Below are positions 10,600 through 22,640 of a stretch of 64,000 nucleotides of DNA, piece after piece. A model generated the notes under the pieces. It saw only the letters and a program-made list of their open reading frames with translations, was not told the origin of the DNA and searched no databases. Made by a program: the position numbers and the translations under genes. Every line of letters begins with the position of its first letter. The first letter of the stretch is position 1. Where the stretch lies: positions 32,494,401 through 32,558,400 of the forward strand of contig CM120641.1 in the NCBI GenBank assembly GCA_051362555.1, in the 5' to 3' direction. The stretch is from Lingula anatina (taxonomy: Eukaryota > Animalia > Brachiopoda).

Positions 10600-11560
10600 G
10601 GTGCATGTGTCATGGAGATGATGTGCTCACAAATCTGAAGTAGGGGAAGGTTTTTCAAGATTATATATGTACATTTATCCTAGCTTGCTGCACGTAGTAT
10701 AAAACAAATGTTGTGTTCAGTCATGGTGTTTAATGTTTTAAAATGTCTACATTTTGGCTAATGTGGTCTTTGAAACATGATGTCAGCCATGAGGTAAGGG
10801 ATTGACCCAGAATTGTGCAAGGGGAGGCGGATGTGTGTATGTATACGTTGGTCATTTAAGACTTAGATATTTTAAAGGTAAAACTTCAAATTATGAAAGC
10901 AAAAATCTGAATGCCAGGTAACTTTTTAACTGCCCCATTTTTGTGAAAAAATTCATGGACACAGTTCATAATTCTATCCTGGCTCATGGAAGGATAAAAA
11001 TTTTTGCCAAATCCTTAAATACATTGGCTGAAAGTTTCAAATTTTGAGTTTGCAAAGTAAAAACATATTTCATTCAAAACCTCTTATAAGGCTGAAATTT
11101 TCAGCTATTTTTTGCAAGCGTGAGCTTGACCGTATTTTTCCAGTGTTCGCAAGATGTTGTAATGTGATAGTTGTTAGCCACCATTCAAGGTGTCCTATTT
11201 GTAGTAGGGTGGTAGACAGTAGCTCCCCACCTGCAAGACATAACATGCTGCTGCATGTTCTAACACTTTGTTGAAAAAATTTCACACATTGTTGACATGA
11301 ACTGTGAGGATAATTATCCAACACTTCATTTGTAGTGGGATTGAGGTAGAAACTTCACTGAAAATGTTTTAATAGAAATGCAAGAGCATGGCTCTATTAC
11401 TTGAAGAAGTTTGATAAAATTTTTGTTAAAGAGTTTGGTTCCAAGATGTTGAGATTTTAGGGTGGGGGAAGTAATGGACATAATAACTGTTTAAAAATCA
11501 GTAGTGGAAATTTTTTATCAGAAATCATGAATTTTGTCTGGAAATTATTCTGCAGCATCA
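10600..11560 (-). mobile_element. Decayed CR1/L2-like LINE RT fragment in the last intron
   Basis: Minus-strand remnants FYLNPTTNEV, LQIGHL, NTGK, KIA and NFQPM resemble the pre-RT/NYRPI region of LINE ORF2; boundaries approximate. Confidence 0.45.
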
Positions 11561-11710
11561 ACTTCATCATTTGACCAACTTTGTTTGAACATAATGCTGA
11601 TGTCTTGCAGGTCAAGCTGTAGATGTGTTTAGCTACTCTCTGTCACTGACACTGTTTTATATCTATTGCCTTCTAGACCCACGGCTTGACTGGAATGTTT
11701 TAACCTACAG

Positions 11711-12171
11711 GTAATGCGATGAGACGCCGCAGAGCTGCTGGAGGCCTGTTGCCCAGTGATTTGTCCTATGCTCCAAATGCACCTCCTTACATGAGTTTTG
11801 TCAATCCTCACAATAACAACATGTTGACTGGAGTGAGCCCACATAATAATAACAACAACAACATGTTGAGTGGGCTGAACCTGCACAATACGGCCATGTT
11901 GAGTGAGATGAACTCTGGGGAGGGATTAGAAATGTCAGACAGTAGTTTAGGATCACTCGGTTCCAGTGTGGGAACAGTAGAGACTATGACCCTTCCGGTC
12001 AACATGCCTACGTTCACGTCACAGGAAGAGAACATGCCGCCTCCAGAACCCCCACTGTCGCAGCAGGAACAGGCCATGGCGAGCCCAGTGCCCTCTAGTA
12101 GCCAAGAGTTAATTTCATTGCCTCCAACGACCTCGGCTGTGGATTCGGTGCACTCCGTCAGCGTACTTTGA
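11711..12171 (+). CDS. TCF12: Probable terminal coding exon of the E-protein (Ser/Asn/Pro-rich tail)
   Basis: TAACCTACAG acceptor gives an in-frame phase-1 join to the 10399 donor; about 153 open codons; other acceptors at 11610 and 11676 give short tails. Confidence 0.6.
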
Positions 12172-14472
12172 TTACAGCCTGTAGTCAGTGCTTGAGGTTT
12201 TCTTCAAGGGCAATTTACACACAAAATCAGAACAGGCGATGGTCCTGAAAGAGCATCAGTAAGGCTAAGGGGCCTGCTAGACTATATTTATTGTATATTT
12301 AGGAAGGCAGAACCATAGTGCTCCAGTTGTGGGATGTCACACCAAGTTGGAACGATAGACATCCTATGTTAATGTAAATAGAGCAGTACTCCAGTATGCT
12401 ACTCCATTAGTATGTAAGAAAAAAAAGTGAAGATGTCCTTCATTACTGTTTTGCATATATCATGAAAAACAGTTAATTAATTTTATAAGAAAATCTTGAT
12501 CATACAGTTGTGTTATGTATGGTGTATCTTTTTAAAATATGCATTTAGTAGTGTTAGATTGAAATGCCTTACATTCATTAGTTTTATTGGCATTTGCCGA
12601 TGTTCATACCCCCTTTCTTGTCATCATTATAATGAATGCCTTTAGTGCCCTAAACAATCATGCAATTTGAGCATAATGTATACGAGAGATTTCACTGCAT
12701 GTTATGTGGAGAGTGGCCTTGTTGAAAACAATTCATCAATCCATCAATATTGTTAACACCATATCTCATCAAAGACCAAGAAAATAAAAGTTTTGATTTT
12801 TAGTCATAATTTTTATGGATCATCTGAAAAAAAATCAGCACTCAGTTGATCCATGTAAGTGGTTTAGATTCCCTCTTTTTTAGTTGTAAGAGAGTTTAAG
12901 GAGTTAAACATTTCCCTGTTGTGTTCATTTTACCCCTCCTGGCCCAGGATCCCCCCCCCCCCCCCCCCCCCCCTCTCTTCTTCCCCAAGTTGTTCCTTAT
13001 CTTGAGATTCAGCCTAAGAGTATGGCATTTTGATGTCAATATTCTGGCAGGAAAAGACTATATATATTAACCTTGCTTCAATCTGCATGTTGTACATTTT
13101 CTTTAGAATTACCATTTTATATGCTCTGCAAAGGGGAATTATTTGTGAGTGTAAATGTTTTTAAAAAAATATCTTCCATATTGAATTTTTCATCTATACA
13201 CATCTTATCCCTTTTACCCAGTATGGATATGTTGATGAGTTTATGAAGCACTCTTTTATGTTGTTTGTGCATTGAAAAAAGCTGCACATATCATTTTATT
13301 GAGATACTGTGAAGCTGCATATATAAATATATATATATTAAAATATTTAAAGTACTTTACTGAAAGTGACAATGTACAGGCACCCTAGTATAGCATAGGT
13401 TTAGTCAGCATTTGTATCATGAAATGCTTAACTTCTGCTTTGTTACCAGGCACTGTAGACCTTCGACAGAAATACTTAAGTCATGCTGTTACTGTCATTC
13501 GGATTATGTTTAGCCCTATGCACTCTAAAATGTTTTTTCTACGACCTGTTTTACAGAATAGCTAGTGAGAATGTGACTTGTCATCAAGGCCTTGTTGGTT
13601 TTCATGTTGGGTTTAGCAGGAAAAGTTGGAATGAACTTCTGTTAATCAAATCAAGTTGCAGATATATGCAATGATGAATTTGTAAATTGATATATGCAAA
13701 GCTATTATTGTTGTCGCCTGTAAATGTTGCATGTAGAGTAATTTTCAACTAAATTGTGAAGACATATTCTCATCAAACTCCATGTATACATTACACAGGA
13801 TCTACTGTTGTAGTTTCATTTCAAGCAATTGAGATGCTGAAATAAAAGTGGGTGTGATGTACACCAATAATATGTTGCATTCGATACTTCAGAATTTACA
13901 AAAAAATAAAGAACAGTAAAGATTTGCACCTTACACCTACCAAAAGACATACATAGTCTGTGAAAATAGCTATTGAAAAGCATGTTTTTGCAGGGCTTTG
14001 TGTGTATGAGAATTTCAATCTACATTTAAGCACAATTGACAAATGATATTTCCATACCATTGTTATTTGTATTGTATACTTAGAAATGGGAAGAAAGCAC
14101 TTTTTTTTCAAAAACAAAGAATGTGTCAAGCAACAAAGTGACTTATGAATATAAAATTACATTGTTCTTTGCATTGAACAGACATTAAAGTTTGATAAGA
14201 TAAATTTTTAATTCAAGGTGCAAGATACAAATTGTTTTTTTTTCTTTTGTGTTGATGCACATGTCTAGGGCATAGTAGCTGTACATGGAGTTTGTACTGA
14301 GAGGTTTCCCTGGTTCCCAACTTTTGCTGTTGTATCCACACAGAGCTAGGGAACAGTGCCTTGGGTGCTTGTGAATACTGCAAGGCTATTTTCTTACTTT
14401 GTACACCTGAAAATGGCTCTATACATACTACAACTCAAACCTACGAGTTCCTGTATATATCAGCATCTAGTA

Positions 14473-14478
14473 AATAAA
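14473..14478 (+). terminator. Candidate poly(A) signal of the E-protein gene (about 2.3 kb 3' UTR)
   Basis: AATAAA followed by GT-rich TTGGTGTTTGGTGT; transposon-rich sequence starts soon after. Confidence 0.45.
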
Positions 14479-14718
14479 TGTGCCATTTTGAAAGGAAAGG
14501 ATTGGTGTTTGGTGTCTATCTACAAAACAGCACGGTGCATGTTAGTAGGCCCATGAGCAAACCTAGCACTTATTTCACTCTGCAACAGTACATATTTAAT
14601 GCATCTCCAGTGAACCAATAAACGATAAAATGTTATTTGTGAAAATGCAACCGCTACAAATCGTGGTGAGAGCCGATCAGATTTAAGGATTCAGTAATGT
14701 ACTCACATATTCACTTAA

Positions 14719-15055
14719 AGGGATAATAACTCTTCGTATGAGATCTATATTTCACAATAAAAACCTTGTAAATAACTCGTAGAAATATAATATATTCTGT
14801 TTTAACACAAAAACAGCAGTTATAGCTTTTATTCTGATATCTGAACTTGTCTCTAGACCATGTGACCTCCATTGATGTCTATACTCTGTTAAAATCACTT
14901 AAGAGATTTTAACAAAAAACCAAACATTTTAGAAAAAAACAAGGGACTAACTTTGAATGTAAAAATGGATTCATTAACCATTGGTAAGTATGGGAAAATT
15001 GTTGTTTACTCCAGGAAAATTCATTTTTTGGCCGAAACGAAGAGTTATTATTGCT
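14719..15055. mobile_element. Non-autonomous TIR element with TTAA target (Kolobok-like)
   Basis: Ends AGGGATAATAACTCTTCGT and ACGAAGAGTTATTATTGCT, each flanked by TTAA. Confidence 0.75.
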
Positions 15056-15141
15056 TTAATAAGTGTAAGTTATTTTTAGTGATAAATTGCTCTACCGAAC
15101 AGTGACTTTGAAACGTAAAAATATTACCGTGCCCACACTTA

Positions 15142-15356
15142 GACCCTACTCCCAGAGATTAGATCGATCCAAACTAGATCGACCTAACTCCTTGGGGGTT
15201 CACGCTAAATAGCTGTCAGCCGAGCGGGCACGAAAGTTAATTACCCCCTTACAGCTTGTAGTAGTCGGGACGGACATTTAAGCCGGATTATCTGACAGTA
15301 ATCTAGTGAGACTCCCCACGGGGATAGATCGACCTAAAATCTATGGGAATACGCCC
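15142..15356. mobile_element. PIF/Harbinger (Tourist-like) MITE
   Basis: Degenerate TIRs with TTA on both sides; interior shared with 58390-58562 (TTAATTACCCCCTTACAGCTT...GACATTTAAGCCGG). Confidence 0.65.
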
Positions 15357-17454
15357 TTAGTTTACAGAGGAGGTACTGACTGGGTGAATGTTGCATTAGT
15401 TGCGTACATGTGTAATGCCAATGGGAGGACATTGCAGTGCCATTGTGTTAGGTGAGCCTGGCTTGGCATTGTCAATCAATCCATCCACGAGTCACTCTAC
15501 AAGAAAATAATAATAAACAAATAGAGTTGACGCACACATCTTGTGTAACTTTTGTATAGCATCCAATATAGAAATAACAAAATCAACATGAATTAAAATC
15601 GCACATAAAACAGTTACTGACGTGACTCAAAAAGTTCACTTTTTTTTTGTGGAATGGCCCATACAAGTTGGTCTTTACATTAAACACCAGAGCATCAAAT
15701 GTCTAGATTGACGCACTGCAGTCGCACAGTAAAGTAACTTTTTTCCTCTTTTTTAATCCTCTCCTTCTTTTGTTGGTTTTTTTCCTCGAAAAAAATTGGA
15801 GCAGCAAAAATGTAGGTTAATTTATTACCACCTATGAGCAGATTATTTCTTTAAATGTAACAATTATGTGAACGACCATCACCTCTGTGCGTTAGTACTT
15901 CTGTGTGAATTTGATTACGTGCAATATTATATTCCCGAGTTAGTGCAACTGTAGAATAAGGTAAAGTTTTATTTAAACAATAAATGTATCAAATATACAA
16001 TATCGGGGAAAAATTGTCGTTTTGAAAAACTTTATAAGTAGTAAAAACTAAATAGGTTTAGGCTTATTAAAATGGAACACAGCTACATAAAAACCGTTTG
16101 CTACCCTTAAAAAATAAAAATAGTCTAGACTTGCGTGATGAAAAATTTAGAAGTTCTAAGTTGGGTGGAAATCATCGCTCATGTTCTACGTACCGACAAC
16201 TGGCCGATCATTGATCATTCATTCTGCAACCAGAGCGATGCTTGTTCATCTTAATTACGACCACAGCGATGCCACTTTTATGGTCGCACAAATTACACAG
16301 AAAGGAAGCCGACCAGTGTAAAGGGGGCTTAACTAACTTTTTCAATTCGATTTTCTTCCTCTTCGGTACCCCGCCCATACCATTACTATTTACCCATAAA
16401 GTTAAAATACCATATTTACCCATAAAGTTTAAATACCATATAGCACGCCTACACCTGTACTGGATGTAACAGCTGGAGAGGGATTCTTAGGTTAGTTTAG
16501 GCTCATTTATTTGGCAATCCACGCTTCTCAATCTTCCTTTTAAATACATATAATACAAAATGGTCTCAATATAATAAAATACTTAAAAGTATGAGTAGAG
16601 TAAAAAGCGACATTTATTGTTTTTATGGTCTGGTTTTTAAATATTGGAAGGCGTGTGCATCAGTGGCAATAGTGATGAAGCATTGCTACAATTATTAACC
16701 GCTAGAGACCAATCTAACCATTTTATCATCACCAATCTCAGCAAAAATGTTGGAATTGATATCATGAACAGAAGTAAAAGTTTATAGACAGCCTGAAATG
16801 AAAGTCATCCTTTTTTATTAATATATATATTTTTTACTTCATCTATATTAAATTACATTGTACATTATCAACATTCGTCTTGTGGATTTACTAAGGCTCT
16901 GTCACCGGTTATCGGCACAGTAACGCCGCTTTCTTGGTTTTCGTTGATATGAATGTATTATCATTCATTATGCATATCTTTATGCTAATACTGATATAGA
17001 TATATGATATCGATAAGTTGACAGCAAAATATCTGTTTCTCTACATAAGCTTGACCAGACCAATAACAATATAAATGAAAATATATCTGGCATTGTATAA
17101 CTTCCTCTATTGTGTCACTCATGCCTCAATCCCGATCCTATACATTGCAGTTTGAAATAAAATGCAGGAAAACTTGTCTTCAGTGGATCATGATTTGAGA
17201 AGGAAAGTTCAATCAATGGCTGAGTTAACTTTTGAAAATAATAGTTAAATATCACAGGTGTCCATTAACAACTGCTGTTAATTCATTTTAAATTCCCATT
17301 TAGATAGTATGCATCCAATGTATGTAATGTATGAAAATATCAAAGCATTCTAACACCCTCCCACCGTCACATTATTCTCAGAATAAATTTACCAATAGCA
17401 CATAAAACCAAGCAATCTGGCCCAGTGAGAAAGCCTTTCCAAGAACCACTTTTT

Positions 17455-17812
17455 TGGAAATTCCAGTACCAAAACAGACATCAAAATCCCGCACGCATGA
17501 CTCATCTTGGGGTTGTATTGTCCCCGCCTGCGGAGGAGATACGTTTTGATGAATCATTTGATGTTTTTCTATACGCGCGAGGCAATCAGCTAGTCGTGTA
17601 TTGACCTAAAATCTTTTGTGTTTTCCAATATTGAAACAGATCCACTCAGCATGACTCGAAAAATAACGGTTGATTCGTGCTAGCGCGAAGGATGACTTAG
17701 CAAAAATTCCAAATGGAAAAACCGAAGGTTATTTTTGCTCTCTGGAAATTTTCCAAACAATATACACTTTCACATCATATAAATACTTGTGCCAGTCACG
17801 AGCTTCCCAGTC
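17455..17812 (+). promoter_or_regulatory. TATA promoter with kB-like and AP-1 sites
   Basis: TGGAAATTCC 17455-17464, TGACTCA 17498-17504, GGAAATTTTCC 17744-17754, TATAAATA 17778-17785, Inr-like CCAGTC about 30 nt downstream, ATG at 17828. Confidence 0.6.
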
Positions 17813-17827
17813 CATTCTGTGAAAGCG

Positions 17828-20800
17828 ATGGCAGCCGTTCATGACACTACACCTCAAGTTGACCCACTTTTAGGAAGTCTGTTTGGGAGTGGTCAACCGA
17901 TAGGACAGCAGCTACAGGTAAGGTCCGTCACAGTTAATCTACAGTTATACGTAATGCGGAATCTTGAAGGGGATAAGGTTCAGCTGTAATATTTTCCTAG
18001 TTGAATCTACAGCGTGGCATGAGAGCATATAATTCAATATACTTTCAAATACTATATATTTGGACTGTTAAATTAAACTGTCAGATTTTAAACTGAGCCC
18101 ATCAGCGGAGCCGATATTGAAGAACGCGCTGCAGGATTATCTATGAAGTGGTGAGACAACCACAGCTGAATCATATATGTTATTTGTCAAATGGGTTATT
18201 CAGAGCGAAAAAGAAAATGTTTTGCCATTAATCGATGCCACGCAATTTTAAATAATCTTTGATTATTTGATAAACAATAATAGCATTGTGAAATACACTC
18301 ACAATCGCCATTACTAAATATGAAAATATGAATTCAATGTGACTGTAAGGTGAGAAAATGGAAGGAGATAAATCGCTAGATGCGTATGTTTATAAATACT
18401 CCTATCTCAGGGCTGGGGATTTCCTACAGCAAATCTACTGAAGTCAATAATTTAGCCTTCCAGCATTAACATTATTTTGAGAACATACTATATTTTGAGA
18501 ACATACTATACATACTATATATGTATATATCCCGGTGGGAAATCCCGAGGTCAGAGGTTAAAGTACCCTGATGGACTGATAAGATTGGCCTAGAAGATAT
18601 GAGAAGGTCTCATACACCTCTTTAGATTGACCCACTGCACGATCGAAATCAGTGACAACATGACTTAGGGCTCATTCCAAATGCAACTTAAGTTCTACGC
18701 AGATCGATCCAACTCCGCGGGGACTCTCGCTGAATGCAATCAGATTAACAGATTAATACGCCTCCTCGAGTTTTCAAGGTAGCCTACTCGTATAATCACC
18801 AGGTTTTCTGTATTCTACCCGTCGCCGGGAGGAGGCTAGCTAATCTGTCAGTCAGCTACAGACCCCGCGGAGTTTGATCGACCTACGTAGAATGATAGTT
18901 TCATTGGGAACGAGTCCTTAGCTGTCAGTTCTCTGATATTCGCCCGCGTATCGTACATGTACACCTTGGCCTGTTCATATTATGCGGAATGTACCAAATT
19001 TTGGTAAATTTTAAATGTTATACATATGTTCAAGATTTAAATACCGGGTATATAGACTCTCCGATCAGAAATGTTTGGTCCTTGAATAAGCCAAGGAATA
19101 AGTTCATTTAATTATTTAAATAAACTAACTTAAACAAATTGTACCACAAAATATTTCTGTATTATCATATCAACCTAGAACTTACTATCAATGGAATCAC
19201 TGGTTACGTGTAGTCAATTGATTGACTTTTCATTCATTATAAGCTTTCAACGCACAGAATGCTGAAATGAAAATGTTTAGGTTACATCAAATAGCAATAG
19301 TATATTAATTGAAGAAATATGAGAGATTTTATGCATGAGATAATGTTCTGATCACCCGAGCGGTATACATAACGCATGCCAGAACATATATTAATGACAT
19401 GTATTGCGAAAGGGTGGCAATGTATTATTTGGCATACATACCGAGAAAAAGAACTCCCAATTCACCATAAATTGCCCCTAAAACCGAATAAGGTGTTCCC
19501 AATATGTCGCTCTTGCTCTAGAGAGATTCATCCTTCAAGCTGGGACTGCTGCTGAACCTAGGCACCATGGTGAACTCGACTCTTTTTAGTGACATTTCTG
19601 ATCATGTAGGGGGTTCGGAACATAGTCAAAGTCTCAGACAGATGCCCTTTTCAAGTCTAAAGGTAGAAAACAATTCTTAAGTTGCTTGGCTTATGGACAT
19701 GCTTTAGGTTTTAGTGATCAGCATTCTGCCACAGTTACATAACATCTCAAGGTGTGTATATCCTGAGTATTTCTCAATGAACCGCCCTTGAGCTGTGTTT
19801 CCCCTCCACACCATTTGTCCCCCTCTGCGTAAACTCTCAATTTTACTTTTCACTCTCCCTAGCAAACACAGACCATTCTACAAACACTGAAGAATGAAGA
19901 TTCACAGAATTCGTCACCATTTGCAAATGGTAAGTTATAATTTTTCCGATGCTAAGCTTATCACACGTTTATCTAGCTGACAGTAGATTGCACGCAGGGG
20001 CCTAGCAAAGCAAAAATGAGCGCACAATATATTAGATGAGCTGGCTTTTATATTTTGGGATGTTTTAATGATCCACTATTTCCATATAATTAAACCACAC
20101 TTACAGACGATGACTCCCCTTTAATTGATTTTTTTTCGTTTAAAATGTTTGTTAAAAATAATATGTTTTAAATGATTTCAATTTGAAGAGATTATTTTGA
20201 CAATAGTGTGACCGTTTAATTGCTTTGTCAAATACCTAGGTACATGTTTTGAGTTTAGAATTTGATTTTGATTCACCGTTAATCCTTGTATTTATCATTT
20301 GTACCAATTAATCTGTTAAAGGTGGTTGGGATGCGATAGGGAAGTTGATTGAACAGGCAGTGCACCCCGTGGAAGCGTCGTATCACTTTTATCAGCTAAA
20401 TGAAAGACTTAACGACGCAGAGGGGATGCTTCGTGACCTGTCGGCAGCGTCGGAAAAATCAGCCGAGGATGCACGAAAATGGTGTGAAGAGTACCTACAA
20501 AATGATACTTTCTGCACAAAGCTGAAAAACTACTTTCTGCCGTGGAAAAAACAAGAAGTTGAACAACAAGTGAAGTCTTGGGAGAAAGCCCTGAAAAAAG
20601 ATTCTCTCAAGACAATTGACGACATGAAAAATGGAATCCGAGAAGCTCGCTGTAACTATATTTACCGAAAGATTCAGTTCGATACAGCCGTGTGTGTCCT
20701 TTCTGTCGCTGCTTCAGTGTACAAGATGTATACTGACGTGACCACAGTAAGGGCATATAAGAAGGAGCTGAAGAGCATCGACGCTGAATTGAGCAGCATA

Positions 20801-22437
20801 GAGGAAGACATTAACAATCTAGGCAACAGCATAAACACTATTGTCATGGAAATAACACAGGTAAATAATAATAAAACTGTAGTGCTTCATGTGAATTTAT
20901 CTAATTTTGCGTAAATGTTCATGATTAAAAATGACGAAATCAAATAGTTTATTATTATTATTATTATGAATAAGGCGCATCCTTTGGGAAATATGTGCGA
21001 CCTTTACAAAAACCGACACTGTGACATAGTGTATGTTTATTGAATTTTTCCATAGAATAAACCTCTGTCGGAACCTCTTCCCATAATTGCTTGGAGGGCC
21101 TCCGATATCCGTCGCCGCGCCCTGGCTTGCATTGGGAAGCTCACGGAACAGCACCAACAGCTGACCAAGACAAGAAATGCTCATGGAGTGGAAGCAGGAA
21201 GAAAGTAAATAGAATTTAAAAAAAGATAGTGAAAAATGTCCATAAATAAAAAAAATATATTTCAATGAAGAAGTATAACTTTTCGTATCCAGTGCATGTC
21301 AATTCATGTGCCTAATTATCCCAAATCAATGTAATAATTACATACATGTTTTTTTTTTTTTTTTTTATCTTATTCGTAATTGTGTTAAACGATCAGTGCT
21401 TATCAGAACATATCAATATAGAATTCAATCATTCTTTCAATCATTATAGTATTACCATGAGCGTATTGAAGGGCTTTGAAGCTGCAATGACCGGTGACTT
21501 CGTATCCCCCGCCATGAATGTGGTCAACTTCGCCATCCCGGCAGTTTACGGCGCTGCAGGTGTCGGTCACTTGGGAGTGGCTGCCTACTGCCACAGCGTG
21601 TTAGTGGAGGTGGAAGCGAGGCTAAGAAAAGGAGAGGAACTACAATTAAAGTAAGATTAATACGACTTTTATTTTCTCAGACTCAGACTTCTGAGACTGT
21701 GTATTTTGAGGGAAACAATTTATTAAGAGCTGATCGTGCCTTCAGCTCTAGTATGCAGCACCGAAGATGGCACTGAATCAGTGAATGCGCAGCTTATTAG
21801 GGGTTGATTTTGTCCAGGAAAGATTCATCTTCATAAAAAATGACAAAATTTTTGCCGTTTCTTTTTTAAATCAGCTTTGAAAAGGTAAAGCGTGTTCCAA
21901 CAATGATTTATAAAATGCTGTTTTTATCTAAAATGCGTAAGGTATGAACTGTGCGTCGGACCTCTACATATATTATTTCTGAAAATTTAGGCATTTTCCC
22001 CGCACACTTGTCCAAATTTTAAACCTCTTATAAATTTGCGATCTAAAAGACCATTTTTGAGTTCTGAATTGCTTATTTTACCGCCATAAATAGAATTCAC
22101 TAGCCTCTATCCCCATTATGAAGGTTATTCAGAAACCCTAAAAAAACGAGATAATGACCCGTGATACTGCTAACAGTTCTGGATATGGTATACCTTAGTG
22201 ATTAAGGGATTATTGCAAAAAAAAAACTTGAAAAATATATTTTTCTTTTGCCTTTTTAAGGTCTAATGCGCAGGGGTGCCTTCAATGACAAAATGTTAGC
22301 ATAATACGGGCTATTACTTTCAAGTGGCAAATTCTTTTTTCAGGCTAGATAAGAAGTTAAAAGATCTTGAGGAGTGGATCAAACGCTTTTCTTCAATGCT
22401 GCAATCACCAGGACAAGCCAGCTTAACCAGTAATTAA
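17828..22437 (+). CDS. Unidentified six-exon gene, 379 aa, helical coiled-coil protein with two hydrophobic segments; exons 17828-17917, 19863-19929, 20322-20860, 21056-21204, 21450-21650, 22344-22437
   Basis: All introns GT-AG with matching phases (0,1,0,2,2); spliced CDS 1140 nt without internal stops; no family recognised. Confidence 0.82.
18415..18546. promoter_or_regulatory. Two consensus NF-kB sites in intron 1
   Basis: GGGGATTTCC 18415-18424 and GGGAAATCCC 18537-18546 both fit GGGRNWYYCC. Confidence 0.55.
18668..18917. mobile_element. PIF/Harbinger (Tourist-like) MITE in intron 1
   Basis: TIRs GGGCTCATTCCAAATG / CATTGGGAACGAGTCC, TTA duplication, internal inverted GATCGA/CTCCGCGGGG. 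Confidence 0.75.
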
Positions 22438-22640
22438 CTGATAACGTGTAATAATTTTTCGCCAGTTCCGACCATCTTGCTCTCTGTCAAAGCCATGTTG
22501 TGCCCCACTCAGGAGGATCGAAGACTTATGGTGGAGATATGCAAAATTATATAAATGTTTAGGCGAATACACTTATTATCAAGGCATCATCAGAACAATT
22601 TCCATGTTTTTGTGATCTTATCATTCTTCTATATCTTTGA

